48,790 bases of DNA from a virus (Duplodnaviria; Caudoviricetes), in the IMG/VR virus record IMGVR_UViG_3300022187_000048, positions 1-48,790 of that record; one strand, 5' to 3'. The notes under the pieces were generated by a model that saw only the letters and a program-made list of their open reading frames with translations, was not told where the DNA came from and did no database searches. The stretch's first letter is position 1. Each line of letters begins with the position of its first letter. Shown one piece after another: positions 9,546 to 18,270 of the stretch. The translations under genes were made by a program, and so were the position numbers.

Positions 9546-10319
9546 ATGCAAAAACGTAAATACCAAAGAGCCGAAGAGCCTGATGAAAATTTGACATACA
9601 GCGAAGAGCTATCGCAACAACAGCCAGCCGCTGAACAGTTAAATGCCGAAGAGGAAAGCTATAAGAAGCGGTATCAGGATATCCAACGCCACATCCAGAC
9701 GGTACGTGACCAGAAGGATAAAGAACTGGCAGAGGTAAAAGCCCAACTAGAGGCCGCTACCCGTAAGCAAATTAAGTTCCCTAAGACTGACGAAGAAGTC
9801 GATGAATGGAGCAAACGCTATCCAGATGTTGCAAAGATTGTGGACACCATTGCCCGTAAACGTGCCAATGAAGTTCTAGCCGAAGGCGAGAAGCGTCTAC
9901 AACAAGTAGAGAATTTTGAGCGTAAACTGTATCGCCAGAGCGCAGAGCAAGAACTTATGAAACTACATCCTGACTTTGCACAGATTAGGAAAGACCCAAA
10001 GTTCCATGAGTGGGTAGCTCTACAGCCATCTGCAATGCAGGACAGTGTGTATAAGAACAACACTGACGCTAAGTGGGCCGCACGTACAATCGATCTGTAT
10101 AAGGCAGATATGGGTCGTCGCGGCAAGTCAACGAAATCAGCCGCACAGGCGGTGGGGCGTACTACATCAGCCGCTCCTACTACTGGCGGTAAGGCTAAGT
10201 TCTCTGAGAGCATGGTCGCAGCTATGTCTGATCGTGAGTTTGAACAAAACGAAGCAGCCATTAGTGAAGCCATGAGATCAGGTGCTTTTGTCTATGATAT
10301 ATCGGGCGCAGCCCGTTAA
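9546..10319 (+). CDS. Capsid scaffolding protein
   Basis: GAGGA RBS before ATG 9546; coiled coil (YKKRYQD..RH), HPDF motif, C-terminal YDISGAAR; directly upstream of the major capsid gene. Confidence 0.8.
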   Translation: MQKRKYQRAEEPDENLTYSEELSQQQPAAEQLNAEEESYKKRYQDIQRHIQTVRDQKDKELAEVKAQLEAATRKQIKFPKTDEEVDEWSKRYPDVAKIVDTIARKRANEVLAEGEKRLQQVENFERKLYRQSAEQELMKLHPDFAQIRKDPKFHEWVALQPSAMQDSVYKNNTDAKWAARTIDLYKADMGRRGKSTKSAAQAVGRTTSAAPTTGGKAKFSESMVAAMSDREFEQNEAAISEAMRSGAFVYDISGAAR

Positions 10320-10335
10320 CTTACTTAATTAGTTG

Positions 10336-10364
10336 TTGATTTAACCACTTAATTATGTTACAAT
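10336..10364 (+). promoter_or_regulatory. Sigma70-type promoter of the major capsid gene
   Basis: TTGATT-N17-TACAAT with extended -10 TG. Confidence 0.7.
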
Positions 10365-10588
10365 GAACCCATTGTATTAATAAGATTAGAGACACCTTAT
10401 TCTTCGGTATACCTCTACTCTTCCCCCCCAGATAATATACTAAGTCTACCAGCGAGTTTGGACCCGCTTTAGCGATACTCCTTACAAACTGACACTGCGT
10501 TTAACTTATCTGATTTAGCTGCCTTGGCACTCAATTAAGTGCGTTCTCAAGGCATATTTCAAGCCATTTCATTTAAGGAGACACTCAA

Positions 10589-11647
10589 ATGGCATTTCCA
10601 GTAGCATCAGGTTATGGCAACTTACCAAACGGTAATTTCTCGCCAGTAATCTATTCCAAGAAAGTCCAGAAGGCTTTCCGTAACTCTTCTGTTGTAGAAG
10701 ATATCGCAAATACCGATTATTCTGGCGAAATCGCAAACATGGGCGATAGCGTCAAGATTATCAAAGAACCAGACATCACAATCAATTCTTACGCACGTGG
10801 TACAACACTTGCGACACAAGATTTGACAGATGCCGATTTTACTATGGTCGTCACTGAAGCGAACTATTTCCAATTCGCAATGGACGATATCGAAGAGGCT
10901 CATAGTCACATCAATTTTGTCGATCTAGCAACAGATCGTGCTGGCTATAAACTTCGTGATGCGTTTGACCGTGAAGTACTAGGCTATATGTCTGGTTGGG
11001 ACTGGTCAGGTTCTGCATGGGGTCGCCGTACAGCTTTGGATACAGGCGGTACAAAAGCAGACTCGACTGCAGGTAACGACGAACTTCTAGCAGCCAACAA
11101 ATTGGACATCACTGATTTCGGTGGTTCTGACATCGGCGGCGAAGCAGAAGTTACTTCTATCCCGACAGCGGCAGGTGGCGGTGCAGGTGCAATCACTTCA
11201 CCACTAGCTATCCTGAACCGTATGGCTCGTTTGTTGGATGCGGCTAACGTAGACACAGATGGTCGTTGGGTTGTAGTAGACCCAGTCTTCAAGGAAATCT
11301 TGATGGACGAAGACGCGAAGTTGGTTAACGCTGACTACGGTGGAGGCGATGAAGTACGCAATGGTCGTATGCCAAACCTTATCCGTGGCTTCCGCGTATA
11401 TACTTCGAACAACCTTCCATACGAAGGTACAGGTCCGGGTACTTCTGCATCAGCGGGTTCAGAAGCTAACTACGGCGTACTAGTCGCAGGTCACGACTCT
11501 GCAGTGGCGGTAGCGGATCAGATCGCAAAGACTGAATCATTCCGTTCACCAGACACATTTGCAGATATCGTTCGGGGTATGCAACTATACGGTCGTAAGA
11601 TTTTACGTCCAGAAGGACTAATCACTGCTAACTATAACCTAGCATAA
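10589..11647 (+). CDS. Major capsid protein
   Basis: 352 aa; FSPVIYSKKV, NTDYSGEI..GDSVKI, FADIVRGMQLYGRKILRPE; AAGGAG RBS. Confidence 0.93.
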   Translation: MAFPVASGYGNLPNGNFSPVIYSKKVQKAFRNSSVVEDIANTDYSGEIANMGDSVKIIKEPDITINSYARGTTLATQDLTDADFTMVVTEANYFQFAMDDIEEAHSHINFVDLATDRAGYKLRDAFDREVLGYMSGWDWSGSAWGRRTALDTGGTKADSTAGNDELLAANKLDITDFGGSDIGGEAEVTSIPTAAGGGAGAITSPLAILNRMARLLDAANVDTDGRWVVVDPVFKEILMDEDAKLVNADYGGGDEVRNGRMPNLIRGFRVYTSNNLPYEGTGPGTSASAGSEANYGVLVAGHDSAVAVADQIAKTESFRSPDTFADIVRGMQLYGRKILRPEGLITANYNLA

Positions 11648-11655
11648 ACTATACT

Positions 11656-11686
11656 AAGGGGCTGGTCAAGTACTGGCCCCTTTATT
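11656..11686 (+). terminator. Intrinsic terminator after capsid gene
   Basis: GGGGCTGGT/ACTGGCCCC stem (two G-U pairs) followed by TTTATT. Confidence 0.75.
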
Positions 11687-11703
11687 CTGCTTTAAGGTGT
11701 CTT

Positions 11704-12393
11704 ATGCCCAGTACATATATAGCTCTATGTAACCAAGTTCTTCGCCGCCTTAATGAGGTGGAGATATCAGAAGCCGACTTCGGGTCGGTTCGTGGCGTTC
11801 AGGCACTCGTAAAAGATGCTGTTAAGTCGGCGGTTGCCAAGATTAACCAAGCTGAGTTTGGTTGGCCTTTCAACGCGGCTGAGGAGACAGACACTCTAAT
11901 TGTAGGGCAGGAAGAATATACTTGGCCTCAATACTTTAAAGTAGCTGACTGGAACAGTTTCCAAATTCAGGCAAACGATAGTCAGAACACTGGCTATAAG
12001 ACGTTGAAGCACATAGACAGAGATGAGTGGTATTCCAAGTATCGTGACGACGACTATGCCGCTGGCTCTGCAGGTCGTGGCGTACCACAGTTTATCTTTG
12101 CTGGACACGGCAATGGCTATGGTGTCAGCCCATCCCCAGACAAGGCATATACTCTGAAGTTCAGATACTACATGAACTACGCAGATATTACTAATGCCAC
12201 TGACGTAACCAGAATACCAGAGAGCTACGACACCGTCATCATCGATGGCGCAATTTATCATATGTATATGTTCAAGGACAACTTAGAGGCTGCACAGGGC
12301 GCATTCATCGCCTTCGAGCGCGGCATTAAAGACCTACAGACCCTGTACATTAACGACGATGTTTATATTCGAGATACGCGGATTAAGTATTAA
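11704..12393 (+). CDS. Head-tail adaptor (tail tubular protein A-like)
   Basis: 229 aa; YIALCNQVLRRLNE N-terminus, WPFN, PSPDKAY; position after capsid gene. Confidence 0.8.
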   Translation: MPSTYIALCNQVLRRLNEVEISEADFGSVRGVQALVKDAVKSAVAKINQAEFGWPFNAAEETDTLIVGQEEYTWPQYFKVADWNSFQIQANDSQNTGYKTLKHIDRDEWYSKYRDDDYAAGSAGRGVPQFIFAGHGNGYGVSPSPDKAYTLKFRYYMNYADITNATDVTRIPESYDTVIIDGAIYHMYMFKDNLEAAQGAFIAFERGIKDLQTLYINDDVYIRDTRIKY

Positions 12394-14087
12394 TGCCTGA
12401 CAATATACAGTCATTTAAACTGATCTGTAGCGGCGGTCTAAATAGTAATGAAAATCACTTAGACCTGTCGGATAACAATCCCGGTGCCGCTACACGACTA
12501 GTTAACTATGAGCCGTCATTATTTGGCGGCTATCGGCGTATTGAGGGGTACGATGAGTATGATCCCGATTATGGTGAAGTAACCGTTGACGGTCAGTCCA
12601 CTGCCACTGGCAAGGTTCTAGGGCTAGCAATCTTCAAGGATGACGTTAGCAACACCACAAAGATTATTGCCGCACGGGAAGACGCTACAGGCGGTAACTA
12701 CAGCTTCTACTACTACACTGCCTACATTGGCTGGCGTAAGTTTACTCTAGACCACGGCGTTACTCGCCCAATGACGTTGAACAGCCGTACAGTCACTAAG
12801 CTGCGTCACGTTACTTTTAACTTTGGTACAGGTAATAAGATTGTATTTGTAGATGGGGTAAACCCAGCAATCGTATTCGACGGTGACCATTGGGAAGAAC
12901 TAAAGTCTACAAACGCAGGTGGATATACCTCTGGAGCGGGTCACACTACTAATACTGGCGGTGGAGACCAATGCCTGAACGCCCCTGCCCTCGTAGACGT
13001 ATTCAAGAATACTCTATTTCTAGCTGGCGATACGGCATTCGGCGCGGCAATCGCCCACTCTGCCCCCACAAGCACTGCAGACCCTGACGGCTTCTATGAC
13101 TTCACTTCCGCAAGTGGCGCAGGTCAGATAGCCGCTGGCTTCGACGTAATACAGATTAAGCCATTCCGCGACGACTTGTTTGTCTTTGGTACAAACGGCA
13201 TTAAGAAAATTACGCTAGACGCAGCCAATACATTTGTGACTGATCAGGTCACTGCAAACGTGGGCTGCGTAGCCAGAGACAGCGTATTGGAAATCGGCGG
13301 CGACTTGATGTTCTTGTCTCCTGATGGCTTCCGACCCGTTGCTGGTACTTCTCGTATTGGTGACGTTGAACTTGAGACTGTGAGTAAACCCATTCAGGCG
13401 ACACTCGTAGACCTGATTGCCAATAGCGATATGGACACGCTCAACGGCGTAGTCATCCGCTCCAAGTCACAGATCAGATACTTCATTGGCGATAATACCC
13501 TAGCCGCAAGCGACAGCATTGGCATCATCGGCGGTCTGACTAATAGCTCAGGTGCAATCGCTTGGGAGTTTGGTGAGCTACTAGGCATTCGAGCCTCTTG
13601 CTGCACCAGTGGATACATAGGCACCACAGAGTTTATCCTGCACGGCGACTATGACGGTAAAGTCTACCGCCAAGAGAATGGCACTTCGTTTAACGGGGGA
13701 GACATCGTATCAATTTATGCCACTCCGTATATCGACTTCGGAGAGACAGAACAGCGGAAGACACTGCGTAAGATCAATACATTTATTCGGGCTGAGGGTC
13801 CGTTTGAGATGCTTCTATCAATGACTTACGACTGGGGTGACGGCAACGTGTCTACACCCGCTACTTATTCACAAGCGTCCACGGGCGCACCTACCAAGTA
13901 CGGTGGTAGGAACATCACATATAATGCAACAAACGTACTTTATGGCGGTTCATCGAAGCCAATTATGACCAGTGATATTCAGGGATCGTGCTTTGCTGCA
14001 CAGGCTACTTACGTGACCGTAGGTCAGACAGAGCCTTTTTCTATTCAAGGAATGGTCTTCGAATTTACTATGGCAGGGAGAAGATAA
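12393..14087 (+). CDS. Tail nozzle (tail tubular protein B-like)
   Basis: 564 aa beta-rich; GGLN N-terminus, GGYRRIEGY, NVGCVARDS, FLSPDGFR; follows adaptor. Confidence 0.8.
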   Translation: MPDNIQSFKLICSGGLNSNENHLDLSDNNPGAATRLVNYEPSLFGGYRRIEGYDEYDPDYGEVTVDGQSTATGKVLGLAIFKDDVSNTTKIIAAREDATGGNYSFYYYTAYIGWRKFTLDHGVTRPMTLNSRTVTKLRHVTFNFGTGNKIVFVDGVNPAIVFDGDHWEELKSTNAGGYTSGAGHTTNTGGGDQCLNAPALVDVFKNTLFLAGDTAFGAAIAHSAPTSTADPDGFYDFTSASGAGQIAAGFDVIQIKPFRDDLFVFGTNGIKKITLDAANTFVTDQVTANVGCVARDSVLEIGGDLMFLSPDGFRPVAGTSRIGDVELETVSKPIQATLVDLIANSDMDTLNGVVIRSKSQIRYFIGDNTLAASDSIGIIGGLTNSSGAIAWEFGELLGIRASCCTSGYIGTTEFILHGDYDGKVYRQENGTSFNGGDIVSIYATPYIDFGETEQRKTLRKINTFIRAEGPFEMLLSMTYDWGDGNVSTPATYSQASTGAPTKYGGRNITYNATNVLYGGSSKPIMTSDIQGSCFAAQATYVTVGQTEPFSIQGMVFEFTMAGRR

Positions 14088-14090
14088 CAG

Positions 14091-17000
14091 ATGGCAGGTT
14101 ATACAAGGCAGTCCACTGCTAGTATCATTAACGGATCACCTATTACTGCACCACCGTTGAATGCAGAATTTAACCAGCTTCTAGCTGCCTTTAATGCTAC
14201 TACAGGCCACTCACACGATGGCTCTACAGGCAACTCCCCTAAGATTAACCTAGCGACATCTGTCTCTGGTTATCTGCCAGCGGAAAATGGTGGTATTGGT
14301 GGTGCCAATAAGATGGATGCGACTACCGCACCTCTGGCGACCAACGACAATACAGAGGGTTATGCTCCGGGTTCATTGTGGGAGAACACCACCAATGGAC
14401 GCATATACATCTGCGTGGGCAGCACCACTAACGCAGCCGTCTGGCGAGAGCTAGTACAAGTCATCACTGACAACGTAATCAAGCCCATTAGCACAGACAC
14501 AGTAGACCTCGGCACCAACACGGAACGCTTCCAAGACCTGTTCTTGAGTGGGGGTATTGCGGCGGCTGGAAACGCTACTCTAGGTGGCACTCTAAACGTC
14601 ACTGGTAATAGTACTCTTGGTGGCACTCTAGCAGTCACAGGCAACGTAACTGCCTCTGGTAATGCGACTGTAGCGGGTACTCTTGGGGTCACTGGCGACA
14701 CCACTGTAGCTAACCTGTCTGCCACTGGTACGACTACTATTACGTCTATTGACCTGAACTCAGGTGCTATTGATAACACTACTATCGGTAATACGAATGC
14801 AGCCGCTGGTACGTTTACTACACTTACAGCCAATACAAGCCTGACTGCAGCCACAGCCGATATCAATGGCGGTAGCATAGACAATGCCACAGTAGGTGCC
14901 TCTACACCTTCTAGCGGTGCGTTCACTACTCTGACTGCTACAGGCGCGACTACTCTGGCTACAGCCGACATTAACGGCGGCACTATAGATAATTCAGTAA
15001 TTGGGGCCACTACTGCAGCCGCTGGTAGCTTCACCACTCTTACGGCTACAGGCTCCACTACACTCGCCACTGCAGACATTAATGGCGGTACAATTGATAA
15101 CGCTACTATTGGGGCTACTACTCCTTCCTCTGGCGCATTCACCTCAGTGTCTGCATCTGGTGGATTTACAGGCGACATCACTGGTGCCGTGACAGGCAAC
15201 GTGACTGGCGATGTCACTGGTAATGTTACGGGAAATGTGACTGGTAACTTAACTGGTAACGTAACATCTAGCGGATCGTCTTCATTCAACAACGTCACTA
15301 TCGACGGTACGTTGAACATGAATGCAGGTACGACTGCTACAATCACTAACCTTACTGATCCAACTAACGCACAAGACGCTGCCACTCGTAATTATGTGGA
15401 TACGTCTATTGCTAACTTGGTTGATAGCAGCCCGTCTACACTAGACACGCTAAACGAGCTAGCGGCTGCGCTGGGCGACGATCCCAACTTCTCCACAACA
15501 ATCACAAACAGCATTGCGACTAAGCTGCCACTAGCTGGCGGTACAATGACTGGCGCAATCGCTATGGGTACTAACAAGATCACTGGTGCAGGTGATCCCA
15601 CAGCGGCCCAAGACGTTTCGACAAAAAATTACACTGATACCCAAGACGCACTACAGCTATCGCTTACAGGCGGTACGATGTCTGGTGCGATTGCTATGGG
15701 CAGCAACAACATCACTGGCCTTGCTGCACCCACGGCTAATGACCATGCAACCACAAAATTGTACGTGGACAATATCCTTGGATCAGCAACTGTAGCGGCG
15801 ACTTCAGCCACTAACGCTGCAACTTCTGAGGCAAATGCTGCTACATCAGAAACCAATGCGGCTAACTCTGCTACAGCGGCTGCAAGTTCAGCTACTTCTG
15901 CAGCGGCCTCGCTTGATAGCTTCGATGATCGTTATCTAGGCGCAAAGGCTACAGCACCTACTGTAGACAATGACGGTGATGCGCTAATCATTGGTGCGCT
16001 ATACTTCGATACGACTACAGACACCATGAAGGTGTACGGCTCTTCTGGTTGGGTAAACGCAGGTTCATCAGTCAACGGTACATCAGACCGCCAGACTTAC
16101 ACCGCTACTGCAGGTCAGACAGTCTTCGCTGCTACCTATGATGCAGGTTATGTGGATGTCTACCTAAACGGCGTAAAGCTACTAGCAGGAACTGACTTCA
16201 CAGCCGTAAACGGTACAAGCATTGTATTAGCCTCTGGTGCTGCTAACAACGACATCGTGGACATTGTGGCTTATGGTACATTCGTCCTAGCCGATCACCT
16301 CACAGAAACGCAGTCTGATGCGAAGTATGTTCAGCAAACGCATACTGGCGATGTTAGCCTCAATGGTAATTTGGGTATTGGTACCACAGGCACCCCAACT
16401 CAACGGGTACAGATTGGTGCAGCGCAGGGTCGAACATTTGTTGTTGATCAGTCCACCACAAACATAACCCGCCTTGCCAACGACTTCAGCACAGTTCTTG
16501 AAGCGGGTGGTGGGTATGACCTTAAACTTCGTTCAAACGGCACATCATCCTTCGGTAACATTATTTTTGAAACGGCTGGTACAACAGATCGAATGAAGAT
16601 TGCCTCTAACGGCGACATCAGCTTCTACGACACCTCTGGAAACGCCAAGTTCGTCTGGGATGCTAGTACAATGAATTTGGGGATTGGCACAGATACGCCC
16701 GTCAATCCTCTAACAGTACAGCAAACATCGCTTAATTGGCCTTATATCGCTTTAACAAATACTTCAGGCACCATTAAGTCGCAGTTTGGTTATCAGGTGA
16801 ATGACGACTTGTTAGATATTGCTGCAAATAGTGGTGGTATTAAGTTTAGAACATCTAACACTGAAACTATGAGGCTGACATCGGCGGGAAATCTTGGCCT
16901 CGGAACTCAGACTCCACAAAATTATTCAGGCCAAACATCCCTCACCATCAACGGTTCTACAACAGGTCGTTTAGACTTACAAGGCAACGGTGTTCAGGGC

Positions 17001-17921
17001 GGGACTATCTTCAGTACAAACGGCACTGGCCTGACCGTGCAAACTGGTTATGGCAAAATACTTACGCTTGAAAGTGGAACAACAGGTAATATCCAGTTTA
17101 AAACCAACGGCTCGGAGAAAATGCAGCTTACCCAGTATGGTAACTTGCTGGTGGGGACTACTGATAGCACACCAGTTGGTTCTGGTTCTAATGGCACGGC
17201 TATTGGTAATGGCATTATTGAAAGCCTAAAATACAAAGGCGCATCCCTAAAACTAGATCGTTATGGTGACAGCAACAACTCCAATGATGGTAGTATAATT
17301 GAGTTTTATTCAGGCTCTTCTGGTCAGGTGGGGAGTATTGGGCTAACCTCAACCCAAAGACTAACTATTGGCTCCTCTGTTGATACTGATGTTGGATTAG
17401 TTTTTCAGCCAGATACAGACAAACGGATTTACCCTGTTGGTGATGACGTCGTTGAACTGGGTCGCACAGGGCATAGGTTCAAGGATTTAATGCTCTCTGG
17501 CGGTGTCTACCTTGGCGGCACTGGGTCGGCTAATAAGCTGGATGACTATGAGGAGGGGACTTGGACACCTGCGATGTCGGGTTACAGTGGTGTTACTTAC
17601 GGCACTAGAGTTGGTTATTATACAAAAGTAGGCCGAATGGTTATGGCTAATTTTTACATGAGCATAACCAATATAGGTACATACACAGGAAATTCACACA
17701 TAGCGGGTCTTCCTTTTGCTGCGGGTATTAGTAATACAGCAGCTTGCGGCGTACAGCTTACAGTTATGACTGCTTTGAATGCAACACGAGATGAACATTT
17801 TGGTGCGCTCTACAATGGTGGTTCTTCTTTATTTATTTACGATAAATCGGGAAATGCCAGAAACGGAAACAACCACCAAGCAGGGGCATACGCAGGCACA
17901 CTCGTATACATGACATCATAA
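14091..17921 (+). CDS. Long tail fibre protein
   Basis: 1276 aa Thr/Gly-rich; ADINGGTID repeats, VTGN repeats, LDTLNELAAALGDD, GNLGIGT repeats, LDDYEEGTWTP C-terminal module. Confidence 0.9.
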   Translation: MAGYTRQSTASIINGSPITAPPLNAEFNQLLAAFNATTGHSHDGSTGNSPKINLATSVSGYLPAENGGIGGANKMDATTAPLATNDNTEGYAPGSLWENTTNGRIYICVGSTTNAAVWRELVQVITDNVIKPISTDTVDLGTNTERFQDLFLSGGIAAAGNATLGGTLNVTGNSTLGGTLAVTGNVTASGNATVAGTLGVTGDTTVANLSATGTTTITSIDLNSGAIDNTTIGNTNAAAGTFTTLTANTSLTAATADINGGSIDNATVGASTPSSGAFTTLTATGATTLATADINGGTIDNSVIGATTAAAGSFTTLTATGSTTLATADINGGTIDNATIGATTPSSGAFTSVSASGGFTGDITGAVTGNVTGDVTGNVTGNVTGNLTGNVTSSGSSSFNNVTIDGTLNMNAGTTATITNLTDPTNAQDAATRNYVDTSIANLVDSSPSTLDTLNELAAALGDDPNFSTTITNSIATKLPLAGGTMTGAIAMGTNKITGAGDPTAAQDVSTKNYTDTQDALQLSLTGGTMSGAIAMGSNNITGLAAPTANDHATTKLYVDNILGSATVAATSATNAATSEANAATSETNAANSATAAASSATSAAASLDSFDDRYLGAKATAPTVDNDGDALIIGALYFDTTTDTMKVYGSSGWVNAGSSVNGTSDRQTYTATAGQTVFAATYDAGYVDVYLNGVKLLAGTDFTAVNGTSIVLASGAANNDIVDIVAYGTFVLADHLTETQSDAKYVQQTHTGDVSLNGNLGIGTTGTPTQRVQIGAAQGRTFVVDQSTTNITRLANDFSTVLEAGGGYDLKLRSNGTSSFGNIIFETAGTTDRMKIASNGDISFYDTSGNAKFVWDASTMNLGIGTDTPVNPLTVQQTSLNWPYIALTNTSGTIKSQFGYQVNDDLLDIAANSGGIKFRTSNTETMRLTSAGNLGLGTQTPQNYSGQTSLTINGSTTGRLDLQGNGVQGGTIFSTNGTGLTVQTGYGKILTLESGTTGNIQFKTNGSEKMQLTQYGNLLVGTTDSTPVGSGSNGTAIGNGIIESLKYKGASLKLDRYGDSNNSNDGSIIEFYSGSSGQVGSIGLTSTQRLTIGSSVDTDVGLVFQPDTDKRIYPVGDDVVELGRTGHRFKDLMLSGGVYLGGTGSANKLDDYEEGTWTPAMSGYSGVTYGTRVGYYTKVGRMVMANFYMSITNIGTYTGNSHIAGLPFAAGISNTAACGVQLTVMTALNATRDEHFGALYNGGSSLFIYDKSGNARNGNNHQAGAYAGTLVYMTS

Positions 17922-17999
17922 CCCACTGCATAGCTTTGGGTCGGACAGTCCAACCATCATAGCTCTCGCCTCGTGCGAGGCTCACTAAGGAGATAAACG

Positions 18000-18254
18000 A
18001 TGGCACTAACAGAAGAAACAGTACAAGACAAAATAGAGGTCGTAGGCGACTTCAAGCACGTTCAAGTGCGTACAGCCACGGTCATCAAGCGTGACGGTAT
18101 AGAGATCAGCCGATCATTCTCACGCCATGTAGTCGCACCAGATGCAGACATCACAGGTGAAAGCACAGAGGTGCAAGCCATCTGCGCAGCCGTTCATACG
18201 CAAGCAGTAAAAGACGCATACGCAGCCCACATTGCGGCACAGGCTGCAGAATAA
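18000..18254 (+). CDS. Tail-fibre-associated small protein
   Basis: 84 aa, AAGGAG RBS; DKIEVV..FKHVQVR...RHVVAP motif, which I recognise as following LDDYEEG-type fibres. Confidence 0.8.
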   Translation: MALTEETVQDKIEVVGDFKHVQVRTATVIKRDGIEISRSFSRHVVAPDADITGESTEVQAICAAVHTQAVKDAYAAHIAAQAAE

Positions 18255-18270
18255 TTACGGGGAAACTTAA

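Noticed and set aside
14700-15270. Tandem DNA repeats that might suggest CRISPR or a DGR template
   Set aside because: They are degenerate in-frame fibre repeats (ADINGGTID, VTGN); no constant repeat-spacer pattern and no reverse transcriptase.
14360-15385. 341-aa antisense ORF, and other long shadow ORFs such as 26831-27382 and 616-1095
   Set aside because: They mirror the repetitive codon usage of genuine opposite-strand genes and have no RBS or motifs.
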